The translations under genes and the position numbers were made by a program. This document shows, in pieces, positions 29,017 to 37,452 of a stretch of DNA of 64,000 nt. The stretch is taken from the NCBI GenBank assembly GCA_963666275.2, contig CAXXOA010000001.1, positions 2,304,001 to 2,368,000 of the forward strand, given 5' to 3'. Each line of letters starts with the position of its first letter. Positions within the stretch are counted from its first letter, which is position 1. This DNA is from Oceanispirochaeta sp. (GTDB lineage: Bacteria > Spirochaetota > Spirochaetia > DSM-2461). Under the pieces are notes generated by a model. It was not told the DNA's origin. It did no database searches and saw only the letters and a list, made by a program, of their open reading frames with translations.

Positions 29017-30690
29017 TTATTCCCTCCCTTCTACTACATCAACAATTGAGCTTCCGTTTACCATGGGAAATGCATTCTCATCCCGTCCGATAAGACAATC
29101 CACAATATGAACGCCCTTATCCAGTTTTCCGGAAGAGATAAGAGCTCTCAGTTCATCCTGATTGACCACCTTATGCCCCTGCCCTCCCAGACTGGCAGCC
29201 AGATTCGAATAATCGATATCCGCAGACAGATGACTGATATCAAAACCGCTCTGATAGAACTCATCCTGAAGCATACCGATCATACCGAGTTTGGAATCAT
29301 TCATTAGAAACAGGACAATATTAAGATTATGCTCCGCAGCGACGATGATCTCCTGGCTGTTCATCATAAAACCGCCGTCACCGTTAATGACAACGACGCG
29401 TTCATCAGGACGACCGAAGGCCGCTCCCACTCCCGAGGGCAATCCGAAGCCCATTGTGCCCAAACCGCCGGAGCTTATGAAAGTCCTTCCGCTTCTGGAA
29501 TGGATTTCGTGGGCCGAAAACATCTGATGCCGTCCGACATCTGTGGCAACAATCGGATCCTTTATATACTCCTGCATGATCCTGAGTACTGTATTGACAG
29601 TCAGGATAGACTCGGGAATATCCGGCTTCATGGAGTTGGTTTCAATCGTTTTCAGCCTGTCGATCCAGTCCTGATGTTTCCCTTTCTTCACAGCTTCATT
29701 GAGTTTTCCGAGTATCTGCTTGAGATCTCCTACGATGGGCAGAAGAGTCTCTATGTTCTTTCCGATTTCCGCCGGATCAATATCGATGTGAATGATTTTC
29801 TTGTGTCCCGGGTATGTTTCCAGATTGATTGTGTGTCTGTTGCTGAAACGGGCTCCGAATGCCAGGATGACATCCGATTCATCGATAGCTGTATTGGCAG
29901 CTTTTCTACCATGGTAGCCACACATTCCCAGGTTCAGTTCATGGTCATTATCCAGAGCGGATTTTCCCATGAATGTATATGTCAGAGGAATGGATGTTTT
30001 ATCCACAAAGGTTTCCAGTTCTTTGAAAGCCTCTGCCGATACGACACCGCCACCGGCAATAATCAGAGGTCTCCGAGCCTGTTCTATCAATTTGAGAATT
30101 CTTTTGATCTGTCCGGGATGGCCTTCGGAGTTGGGATTATATCCTTCCAGAACAATCTCTTTGACCGGAGGGAGAGTAAACTCCTCCTGCAGAACATCCT
30201 TGGGGATATCAAGAAGCACAGGCCCTTTCCTTCCCGTATTGGCAATATGAAAAGCCTCTTCCACCCTTGCAGGGATCTCTTTGACATCCTGGATCAGCAG
30301 GTTGTGTTTTGTAATGGGTATGGTAATACCGCTGATATCCACTTCCTGAAACGCATCGGTACCTATATTACTTCTGGGAACCTGACCTGTGATAGCCAGG
30401 ACCGGAACAGAGTCCATATAGGCTGTGGCTATTCCTGTGACCAGGTTTGTCGCTCCCGGTCCGCTTGTAGCCATACAGACACCGACTTTACCGGTAGCCC
30501 TTGCATAACCATCAGCCATATGTGCTGCGCCCTGCTCGTGCCTGGCAAGCACATGTTTAATCGAACTGGTAGCTAAAGCTTCGTAAATCGGCAGGTTTGC
30601 TCCGCCGGGATAACCGAAGATTATTTCAACACCCATTTTCTCAAGGGTCCTGACGAGTGCTTTAGCTCCGTAAGTTCGCCCTTTTTTCAT
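29017..30690 (-). CDS. ilvB: Acetolactate synthase large subunit
   Basis: FGYPGG, RHEQGA, TSGPGATN, GDGGFMMN ThDP motif. Confidence 0.95.
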   Translation of the reverse strand: MKKGRTYGAKALVRTLEKMGVEIIFGYPGGANLPIYEALATSSIKHVLARHEQGAAHMADGYARATGKVGVCMATSGPGATNLVTGIATAYMDSVPVLAITGQVPRSNIGTDAFQEVDISGITIPITKHNLLIQDVKEIPARVEEAFHIANTGRKGPVLLDIPKDVLQEEFTLPPVKEIVLEGYNPNSEGHPGQIKRILKLIEQARRPLIIAGGGVVSAEAFKELETFVDKTSIPLTYTFMGKSALDNDHELNLGMCGYHGRKAANTAIDESDVILAFGARFSNRHTINLETYPGHKKIIHIDIDPAEIGKNIETLLPIVGDLKQILGKLNEAVKKGKHQDWIDRLKTIETNSMKPDIPESILTVNTVLRIMQEYIKDPIVATDVGRHQMFSAHEIHSRSGRTFISSGGLGTMGFGLPSGVGAAFGRPDERVVVINGDGGFMMNSQEIIVAAEHNLNIVLFLMNDSKLGMIGMLQDEFYQSGFDISHLSADIDYSNLAASLGGQGHKVVNQDELRALISSGKLDKGVHIVDCLIGRDENAFPMVNGSSIVDVVEGRE

Positions 30691-30820
30691 CTGCTCCTCC
30701 CTGTATAAAGATTAAATGAAACTCATTATATTCAATATTCTTAATTTTGCAATAAAATCAGGGTAAAAAAGTGATAAGTTCTATATCCATGGTAATTTTT
30801 TTTCATTATTATAATTACTT

Positions 30821-31708
30821 ATGCAGGATATTCGCAGATCTCTTATGATTTTTCACCTGAAAGAAGACTATTCTCAAGTAGAGTTACAGAAAGCCTACAA
30901 AAAACTTGTCAAAAAATACCATCCCGATTACAACCAGCAGAACCAGGAATGGGCACATCAGAAGATGACTGAGATAAATCTTGCCTATGAACTCTGCAAA
31001 GAGAAACTGACAGACACGGAGACGGAAGCTCCGCGGGAAAAGGAATCTCAGCAGCAGTATTCAGGACACAGTTCCGAATCCGACCAGAAAGGATCCAACC
31101 CCTTTCAGCGGGAACAGCCCTATCAGGGAAATCCTTCTGCCCAGCCCCTAAGCGCTGAATTCCACAGGCAGATGCAGAAAACGACCTACGCCTTCTGCCA
31201 TGCCACGGATATTTTTTATGAATACGGCCTGCACAACCGCTTTCTCCGCTATGAGGGAAACCGAAAATTCCGCTACCGTCAGTGTCTGAGAGAGCTGGAA
31301 GCGGTGATTGATTCCATCAGGGATCTAACCCCCTTAACACGGACCAGCTATGACAATCATATAAAAGGAATCTATTCCAGATTTATTCTGAACTATTACT
31401 GTTTCATTATACTGGACGAGGGAGATATCCCCCGTCATCCTAATATCAATTCTCATTGGAATAAAATGGAAGAGTATCTGAACAAGAGTCTGATTGAATA
31501 TCTTGCCTCTCATCTGACAGAACAGTTTAAGAGGACCAGCTGGCAGGTATCTCTGGCTCACTGCCTCACTCACATACAGTATCTGCAGAGGAAATTCCCC
31601 GCACTGGAAAAAGAGGATACATTTATTCGTATTGTGAGACTGGCAGAAAGCTATACAGAGATACGTCAGGAAGAAGAGCGGAGTCACCTCCGCTTCTTCC
31701 TTCCCTGA
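30821..31708 (+). CDS. J-domain (DnaJ-like) protein with uncharacterised helical C-terminus
   Basis: KAYKKLVKKYHPD...EINLAYE. Confidence 0.85.
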   Translation: MQDIRRSLMIFHLKEDYSQVELQKAYKKLVKKYHPDYNQQNQEWAHQKMTEINLAYELCKEKLTDTETEAPREKESQQQYSGHSSESDQKGSNPFQREQPYQGNPSAQPLSAEFHRQMQKTTYAFCHATDIFYEYGLHNRFLRYEGNRKFRYRQCLRELEAVIDSIRDLTPLTRTSYDNHIKGIYSRFILNYYCFIILDEGDIPRHPNINSHWNKMEEYLNKSLIEYLASHLTEQFKRTSWQVSLAHCLTHIQYLQRKFPALEKEDTFIRIVRLAESYTEIRQEEERSHLRFFLP

Positions 31709-31710
31709 GA

Positions 31711-34323
31711 CTATTCCTGCTTCAGATTCTTCTGTGCCACTGCCAGTTTGGCAATGGGTATTCCATAGGGAGAGCAGGATACATAATTCAGTCCCTGATC
31801 CATACAGAATTCAACATTTTCCGGTTCAGCACCATGCTCTCCGCACAGCCCGAGTGTGAGATCAGGCCTGACAAGCCGCCCCCTCTCTGCTGCAATGGAA
31901 ACCAGTTCCTTAACAGGACTGTTCAGGTATTTGAAAGGATTTCTCTCCAGAAGGTCAAATTCATTGTAATCCGTAAAGAACGAATTAAAGTCATCCCTTG
32001 AGATACCATTGGTTGTCTGGGTAAGATCATTTGTTCCGAAACTGAAGAAATCCGCATATCGGGCGATCTTATCTGCCTGCAGGGCAGCACCGGGCAGTTC
32101 AATCATGGTTCCCACGCGATAGGGAATCGGTTCGGAAACGTCAAACTTCTGCCTTACAGCCAGTTCCACATCCCGGATTCCCAGAATCTCCGTTCCTTCG
32201 ATCCTTTTACCGAAGCGCATAGATTTCACTTCCCGTTCGGACATGACTACAGGGAGCATTATCTCGGGCGAGGTGACAATACCGTCTTCTTTCAGAAGCT
32301 TGTAGGCCGCTTCAAAAATAGACCGTACCTGCATGGCATAGATCTCGGGAGTGGAAATACCGACCCTGATACCTCTATGCCCCAGCATGGGATTCACTTC
32401 TCCCATCATATCACAGCGCAGACGGATATCCGCATCACTCACATCGGGATGATCCTTTTTATAGAACTCTATAAAATCATTCATACTGTCCCTGGTATGA
32501 GGCAGAAACTCATGAAGAGGAGCATCAAGGAGACGGATTGTCACCGGATGGCCTTCCATAATTTTAAAGAGATTATAGAAGTCGGAAGTCTGCATGGCTC
32601 CCAGTTTCTCAAGGATCTTAAAACGGTCCTCTTTCTCTTCCGCAATGATCATAGAACGGAAAAGCGGGATCCTCTCTTCATCGAAGAACATATGCTCAGT
32701 CCGGCACAGACCTATCCCATCAGCTTTGAACAATTTGGCAAGCTGAGCGTCTTTCGGCTGATCCGCATTGGCATGAACATCAAAATCCCCGATGAACTTC
32801 TGAATGATTTCCAGAAACTCAAGAATACCGCTCTCTTCAATGACAGGTTTGATAAGTTTGACCTGATCAAAATAGATTGTCGGTTTATCATAGGAGGGAA
32901 CATCAAGACTGATATAGTCTCCCTCTTTGATCACATGATCCCCTACCTTCACGGAGGATTTAAGGAATTTGATATCCGGGTTGACCATGGCGACCTTTCC
33001 CAGACTTCTGGCGACAACCGGTGCATGGGAAGCATAGCCCCCATCCATGGTCAGTACACCCTGGGAGACCTCAATGGCTTTGACATCTTCCGCATAGGTG
33101 GAGGGCATACAGAGGATAAAATTGGAATCCAGTCCCCTCTGTGTTGCTATACGATGCTCCTGCATCAGTTTTTCAGTAGAAAAATAGACTTTTCCCACAG
33201 CGGCGCCAACAGATCCGGAAATTCCCCCGTAATAGGAAGGCATCTTCTCTGCAGAAGCCTTATCAATCACAGGATGGAGTATTTCCGCCAGTCTTCCCGG
33301 CTGAATGGCGTTCACCACATATTCATCACTGACAACTTTTTTCTGATTCAGATCCAGAAGAGTCCTTATATGGGCCTGGGTGGATTTATTGTCCGCCGCA
33401 TTCTGGTCAATAACCCAGAGTCGTCCGTCTTCTACGGTGAATTTGATGGACCGGATCTCTTTATAGTGGGTTTCAAGCTGATTGGCTATGGATCTCAGTT
33501 CTTCAAAATACTCATTTTTTATTTCAGTGACGGGATTTCCCTCGGACTGGGTTGCATCGAAAGAGTTGATAAAAAACTTTCCGGAAATGACATTTTCCCC
33601 GTCAACAATATTGCGGGTATAGTAACTTCCGAAAAAACTCTCTTTTCCGTAATTTCCAAAGGTCATTGCCTGAATCAGAAGAGCTGAATCATTCAGGGTT
33701 TCGCTTTCTTTGAGGTACCTTGTATAGAGAGACTGGACGTAACTCAGCTGCGCCCAGGCATCGGAAAAGATTTCCTGAGGGTATACCCCTTCTACTTCGA
33801 CAAGTACATCTTTGGTCTTTTTTGCGGTTTTACACTTTTCCAGAGAATCCGCAAGCTTCTGAAGGACCTTCCTTCTGTTCCCATCCGATTCAATCTCCAG
33901 GTCAAGAGTAATGATTCTCCGAAGCATATTCCTGTATTCGTGGTAGGCAAATTCCTCACCGACGAATTTGGCAAAACCATCTATGGTATTTTTGCAAAGT
34001 CCAATGTTATGAAGACTTGAAAAGGTATCAATCAAATTCAGCTGAGGACTGAGGACACATTTGACAAGAAGAGGATTTTCGCTGTCTCCGTACTGTTTTT
34101 CCACCACATTTCCCATGGACTCGATAGATTCATGGATTTTGCTGCTGAAAGAACCGGGATCTGCCAGTTCAGCCAGTAGAGAGTCGTTGGAAAGGACGTA
34201 TCCCGGTAGAATGGGAATACCCAGTCCTGCAAGATGCATCAGCCTCCGGCCTCTGTATCCCAGCACATCGAGAACATCTTTATCTTCGGTATAAGCTGTA
34301 CTGCTGAATGAATAAATATCCAT
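31711..34323 (-). CDS. Pyruvate phosphate dikinase-like PEP-utilising protein with degenerate nucleotide-binding domain
   Basis: Full PPDK architecture; GGYASHAPVVAR (His433), GIGLCRTEHMFF, TIRLLD, GTMIE, SFGTNDLTQ and GLCGEHG intact; ATP-grasp motifs substituted. Confidence 0.9.
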   Translation of the reverse strand: MDIYSFSSTAYTEDKDVLDVLGYRGRRLMHLAGLGIPILPGYVLSNDSLLAELADPGSFSSKIHESIESMGNVVEKQYGDSENPLLVKCVLSPQLNLIDTFSSLHNIGLCKNTIDGFAKFVGEEFAYHEYRNMLRRIITLDLEIESDGNRRKVLQKLADSLEKCKTAKKTKDVLVEVEGVYPQEIFSDAWAQLSYVQSLYTRYLKESETLNDSALLIQAMTFGNYGKESFFGSYYTRNIVDGENVISGKFFINSFDATQSEGNPVTEIKNEYFEELRSIANQLETHYKEIRSIKFTVEDGRLWVIDQNAADNKSTQAHIRTLLDLNQKKVVSDEYVVNAIQPGRLAEILHPVIDKASAEKMPSYYGGISGSVGAAVGKVYFSTEKLMQEHRIATQRGLDSNFILCMPSTYAEDVKAIEVSQGVLTMDGGYASHAPVVARSLGKVAMVNPDIKFLKSSVKVGDHVIKEGDYISLDVPSYDKPTIYFDQVKLIKPVIEESGILEFLEIIQKFIGDFDVHANADQPKDAQLAKLFKADGIGLCRTEHMFFDEERIPLFRSMIIAEEKEDRFKILEKLGAMQTSDFYNLFKIMEGHPVTIRLLDAPLHEFLPHTRDSMNDFIEFYKKDHPDVSDADIRLRCDMMGEVNPMLGHRGIRVGISTPEIYAMQVRSIFEAAYKLLKEDGIVTSPEIMLPVVMSEREVKSMRFGKRIEGTEILGIRDVELAVRQKFDVSEPIPYRVGTMIELPGAALQADKIARYADFFSFGTNDLTQTTNGISRDDFNSFFTDYNEFDLLERNPFKYLNSPVKELVSIAAERGRLVRPDLTLGLCGEHGAEPENVEFCMDQGLNYVSCSPYGIPIAKLAVAQKNLKQE

Positions 34324-34354
34324 ATAGATTAATCCTTTTTAAAGAACTGAGCAC

Positions 34355-35305
34355 CTAGAACAGATCAAGAACGCTGTTCACTGCTCCTCTTAAAAATACT
34401 TCAAACCGGGGACTGGCCCCTTCAAAAAGGTACTTTCTCAATTTGGAAACATCTTTGATATCATCACCGGCAACACTGAACATAATGGGATTTCCGTGTT
34501 TTACCTTTCCCCATTTGAAAAGGGCATTGATATCATTGATTCTCTCTCCATCGTACCATATCAGAACATCCAGTCCGGGATGCTTGTTTTTATAACTTTC
34601 AATAATTTTTTTCCAGGCTTCCACATTTCCATTGTGGAACAGCTCATTGGTAACCAGAACCGCATATTTGGTAGACACTTTTCGTGATCCTCCGGCAGCA
34701 GGACTAGCAGGAGCAGCCGTTGTTTCGGGTTCGGGAGAGGCTGCAGGCTGAGCAGTTTCTTCAGGTTTCACATCAGGATCAACATAGGCTTTTTTAGTCC
34801 TGATCTTCTTTCCTTCCAGCAGGGAAAATATGTCATTGCAGGCCGAATTCTCAGTTTCCTGATCATCCTCTCTGGCGCTTTTTACAAAACATACCATCAG
34901 TTCATCCTGATAGAGGGGAAGAAGGGCATCCCATTGCTCGCTCTTTGTCGGATTGAGAACAGAAAGATCGCCGTTGGAATCATAAAAAGCAAGAACAATA
35001 TCGAGGAGTGTCCATTCTGAAACAGTTTCAACAAGCTTCTCAACAGACTCTATAGACTTGGTAAGATTCACCGAACGGCAGGTATATCCGAACTTATCGA
35101 CAAGTAAAAGATTGAGTACAGGCCTCAGCTGCTGAGGAGAGATTTCTCTCTCCTCAATAGCTTCAGTCAGTACATCAGCCAGATTAACCCCGTCCTCCAC
35201 ATCACCTGAGAAGGACAGAGCTTTTTTAAAATGCCCCAGAGCAAGGTTAAAACCTGCTCTGGTGGATAACAAATTGAATTTATTATCACTGATGTTTTGA
35301 GTCAT
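34355..35305 (-). CDS. Two-domain protein with C-terminal HPr-like domain (by-eye alignment)
   Basis: Starts 1 nt after the cfpA stop; Pro/Ala linker, then VLVTNELFH(224)NGNVEAWKKIIESY...DVLIWYDG...ALFK...HGNPIMFSVAGDD. Confidence 0.7.
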   Translation of the reverse strand: MTQNISDNKFNLLSTRAGFNLALGHFKKALSFSGDVEDGVNLADVLTEAIEEREISPQQLRPVLNLLLVDKFGYTCRSVNLTKSIESVEKLVETVSEWTLLDIVLAFYDSNGDLSVLNPTKSEQWDALLPLYQDELMVCFVKSAREDDQETENSACNDIFSLLEGKKIRTKKAYVDPDVKPEETAQPAASPEPETTAAPASPAAGGSRKVSTKYAVLVTNELFHNGNVEAWKKIIESYKNKHPGLDVLIWYDGERINDINALFKWGKVKHGNPIMFSVAGDDIKDVSKLRKYLFEGASPRFEVFLRGAVNSVLDLF

Positions 35306-35306
35306 A

Positions 35307-37262
35307 TCAGATCTCGCTTAATTCATCCAGATTGACTTTCTTCCTTTTGGAAGGAGTTACGTCAGCTTGCCCCTTAGGTGCATCATTTTTGCTTTTGATG
35401 GCGGCAGCATACTCAGAAGAGGAAGCTTCAGCCATTGGCTCAGCAGCAAAGCTCTGGTTAATATCCTCACGAACAGTGGACCGTCTCCGTTTGAAGGAAG
35501 CGAATGCCGCATCCTGGAATCCTTTGGAAACACCATTGAGGAACTCATTCATGACGTTAGCCATGCTGTTCAGTGTGAATTTTTTCCGTTTGATACTGCA
35601 GATATCCATATCCAGAACCAGACCGGGCTGAACATGGTAGGGGTTGATCATATAATCAAACTCATTGAACTGGGATTCCAGGAAGTCGATTCTCTGATCC
35701 ATAACCACTCTGGTTTTGGGATTTTCATAACCGAAAGTTGTAGAAACTTTTTCCCTTGTCCGACGCAGCATTTTCAGCATCAGTTCTTTTTCATACAGAT
35801 AGGTCTGATTGAGACGTTCAACATCGGTGTCTTCCACTCTCAGTTTCATGATCTCATTCCAGTTTTTCTCCTGTTCTTCATAGATAGGATCACCGGAAAC
35901 TTCCTTGATCTGTTTTTTGATCTGGGGAGCAACTTTTTTGGCCAGGTCATCAAAGTCATTGATTCCTCTGGCTTTTTTGCCCTGGTAGACAACTTCTGCT
36001 ACATCCCAGATGTGAAGAACTTCCCTATGGAATTCATCCATCTGATCATCATAGTTCTTTCTCAGTTTTTCCAACTGATCATTATCATAGAACTTCAGCA
36101 TGATTTTGTAGCGTTCATCAGGCAGGTTGAGAGGATCTGTATCTTCGTACTCCCTGACAATCAGCTCACGGGCATTTTTAAGGTTTTCAATATACTGATA
36201 TCCCATTTTACTGGTATCCAGAATTGAAGTCAGATTGTTGACTGCAGTATTGAAACCTCTGTTTCTGATGTTTTCATTGTCAATAATCTTTTTGATATTC
36301 TCACGGATATTCTGGGGATCGAATTCATCCTTTGAAATTTCCGCTCTCAGACCTTCGATTTTTTCTACCAGATTTTTTGCCATGAAAGCATATCTTCTGG
36401 AGTTTTCATCTTCTTTCTCGTCATCGGTAAAGTCGGGAACTTTTTTGATCCGTTCGAACATCAGTTCGGTATCGGTTAGTTCTTCTTTTCCTTCATCAAC
36501 AAGCTGATCCTGAAGGACTTCAATTTCCTTATCAATCATGTCCATAACTGTTTTGGAAATCTGATCTTTGATGATGTACTCAACAGAAGCCTGATACTGG
36601 AAGATCGGGCTTATAAGTTCAGATTCCAGGATATTTATGGAAAGTTTAACATCAGTTACAGTTTTGGGCTTGTAGGCATTGTCTTTGAATGCACACTTGA
36701 TGATGGAGTAGGCATTTTCACCACGTATAAATGCACCAACATCAGTTTTCTGACGCAGCAGAGCATTTGTCTCATTTTCAAGGTCATTCAAACCACGCTG
36801 TACATGTCCCTGCAGATGTCCGTACATATTAACGATGGATTTTTCAATCTCACCTGTATTGAACTTGTCTGCACCACCGATCTGATCGAGCATTTCCGCA
36901 ATTTCTTTCGGGGTATACCGGGCAAGGGATTTCTGTTCTTCCTTGTCGATGAAACCACGAATTTTTTTAACCATTTCATCTTCAGTGGTAACAACGTACC
37001 TGTTGAACATGTTCTGGTAGTTCTGGTTGTAGTAATTGTAGAGCTTCTGTTTCAGACCACCCATAACGTCGAGCTGTTTAAGCACTTCAGGGGGCAGTTT
37101 TGTCTGCAGCTCATTTAGAATCTTATCTGATTCTTCCTGTACTACACGTTCGAATTCTTCATTCTGAGAACGTCCTTCCTGAGCAAGACTGTTTCTTGAA
37201 CCGACTGCTGAAGGTTTAGTTGGATGAAATACATTAGGACTTCTGGGAAGATCGCCAGCCAT
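35307..37262 (-). CDS. cfpA: Cytoplasmic filament protein A
   Basis: N-terminal [25 protein letters not shown], plus [13 protein letters not shown] and [15 protein letters not shown], recognised as treponemal CfpA; coiled-coil rich; RBS GAGGAG. Confidence 0.9.
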   Translation of the reverse strand: MAGDLPRSPNVFHPTKPSAVGSRNSLAQEGRSQNEEFERVVQEESDKILNELQTKLPPEVLKQLDVMGGLKQKLYNYYNQNYQNMFNRYVVTTEDEMVKKIRGFIDKEEQKSLARYTPKEIAEMLDQIGGADKFNTGEIEKSIVNMYGHLQGHVQRGLNDLENETNALLRQKTDVGAFIRGENAYSIIKCAFKDNAYKPKTVTDVKLSINILESELISPIFQYQASVEYIIKDQISKTVMDMIDKEIEVLQDQLVDEGKEELTDTELMFERIKKVPDFTDDEKEDENSRRYAFMAKNLVEKIEGLRAEISKDEFDPQNIRENIKKIIDNENIRNRGFNTAVNNLTSILDTSKMGYQYIENLKNARELIVREYEDTDPLNLPDERYKIMLKFYDNDQLEKLRKNYDDQMDEFHREVLHIWDVAEVVYQGKKARGINDFDDLAKKVAPQIKKQIKEVSGDPIYEEQEKNWNEIMKLRVEDTDVERLNQTYLYEKELMLKMLRRTREKVSTTFGYENPKTRVVMDQRIDFLESQFNEFDYMINPYHVQPGLVLDMDICSIKRKKFTLNSMANVMNEFLNGVSKGFQDAAFASFKRRRSTVREDINQSFAAEPMAEASSSEYAAAIKSKNDAPKGQADVTPSKRKKVNLDELSEI

Positions 37263-37328
37263 ATTACTCTCCTCTAATAAATATTATTTTGTATAAATCA
37301 CAAAAATTTAGCTATAAGGTTATTATAG

Positions 37329-37356
37329 ATTATAGTACATCGTTTCTCTTTTCCAA
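37329..37356 (-). promoter_or_regulatory. Putative sigma70 promoter of the cfpA operon
   Basis: Minus strand TTGGAA-16 bp-TATAAT in an AT-rich intergenic region. Confidence 0.5.
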
Positions 37357-37452
37357 ATACATTTTTCTTTTTTCCCTCTGATTCTAAAAGAAAAACCTGA
37401 TTTTTTTTCCTACCCTATAAAAAATCATACGTTTTTTCAAGCAATTCCAGGA

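Noticed and set aside
29329..33687. 415-aa and 436-aa + strand ORFs
   Set aside because: Antisense shadows of ilvB and the PPDK-like gene.
31711..34323. Calling this gene canonical ppdK or a pseudogene
   Set aside because: ATP-site residues are missing, so it is not canonical; the frame is intact and the PEP/His motifs are fully conserved, so it is not decaying.
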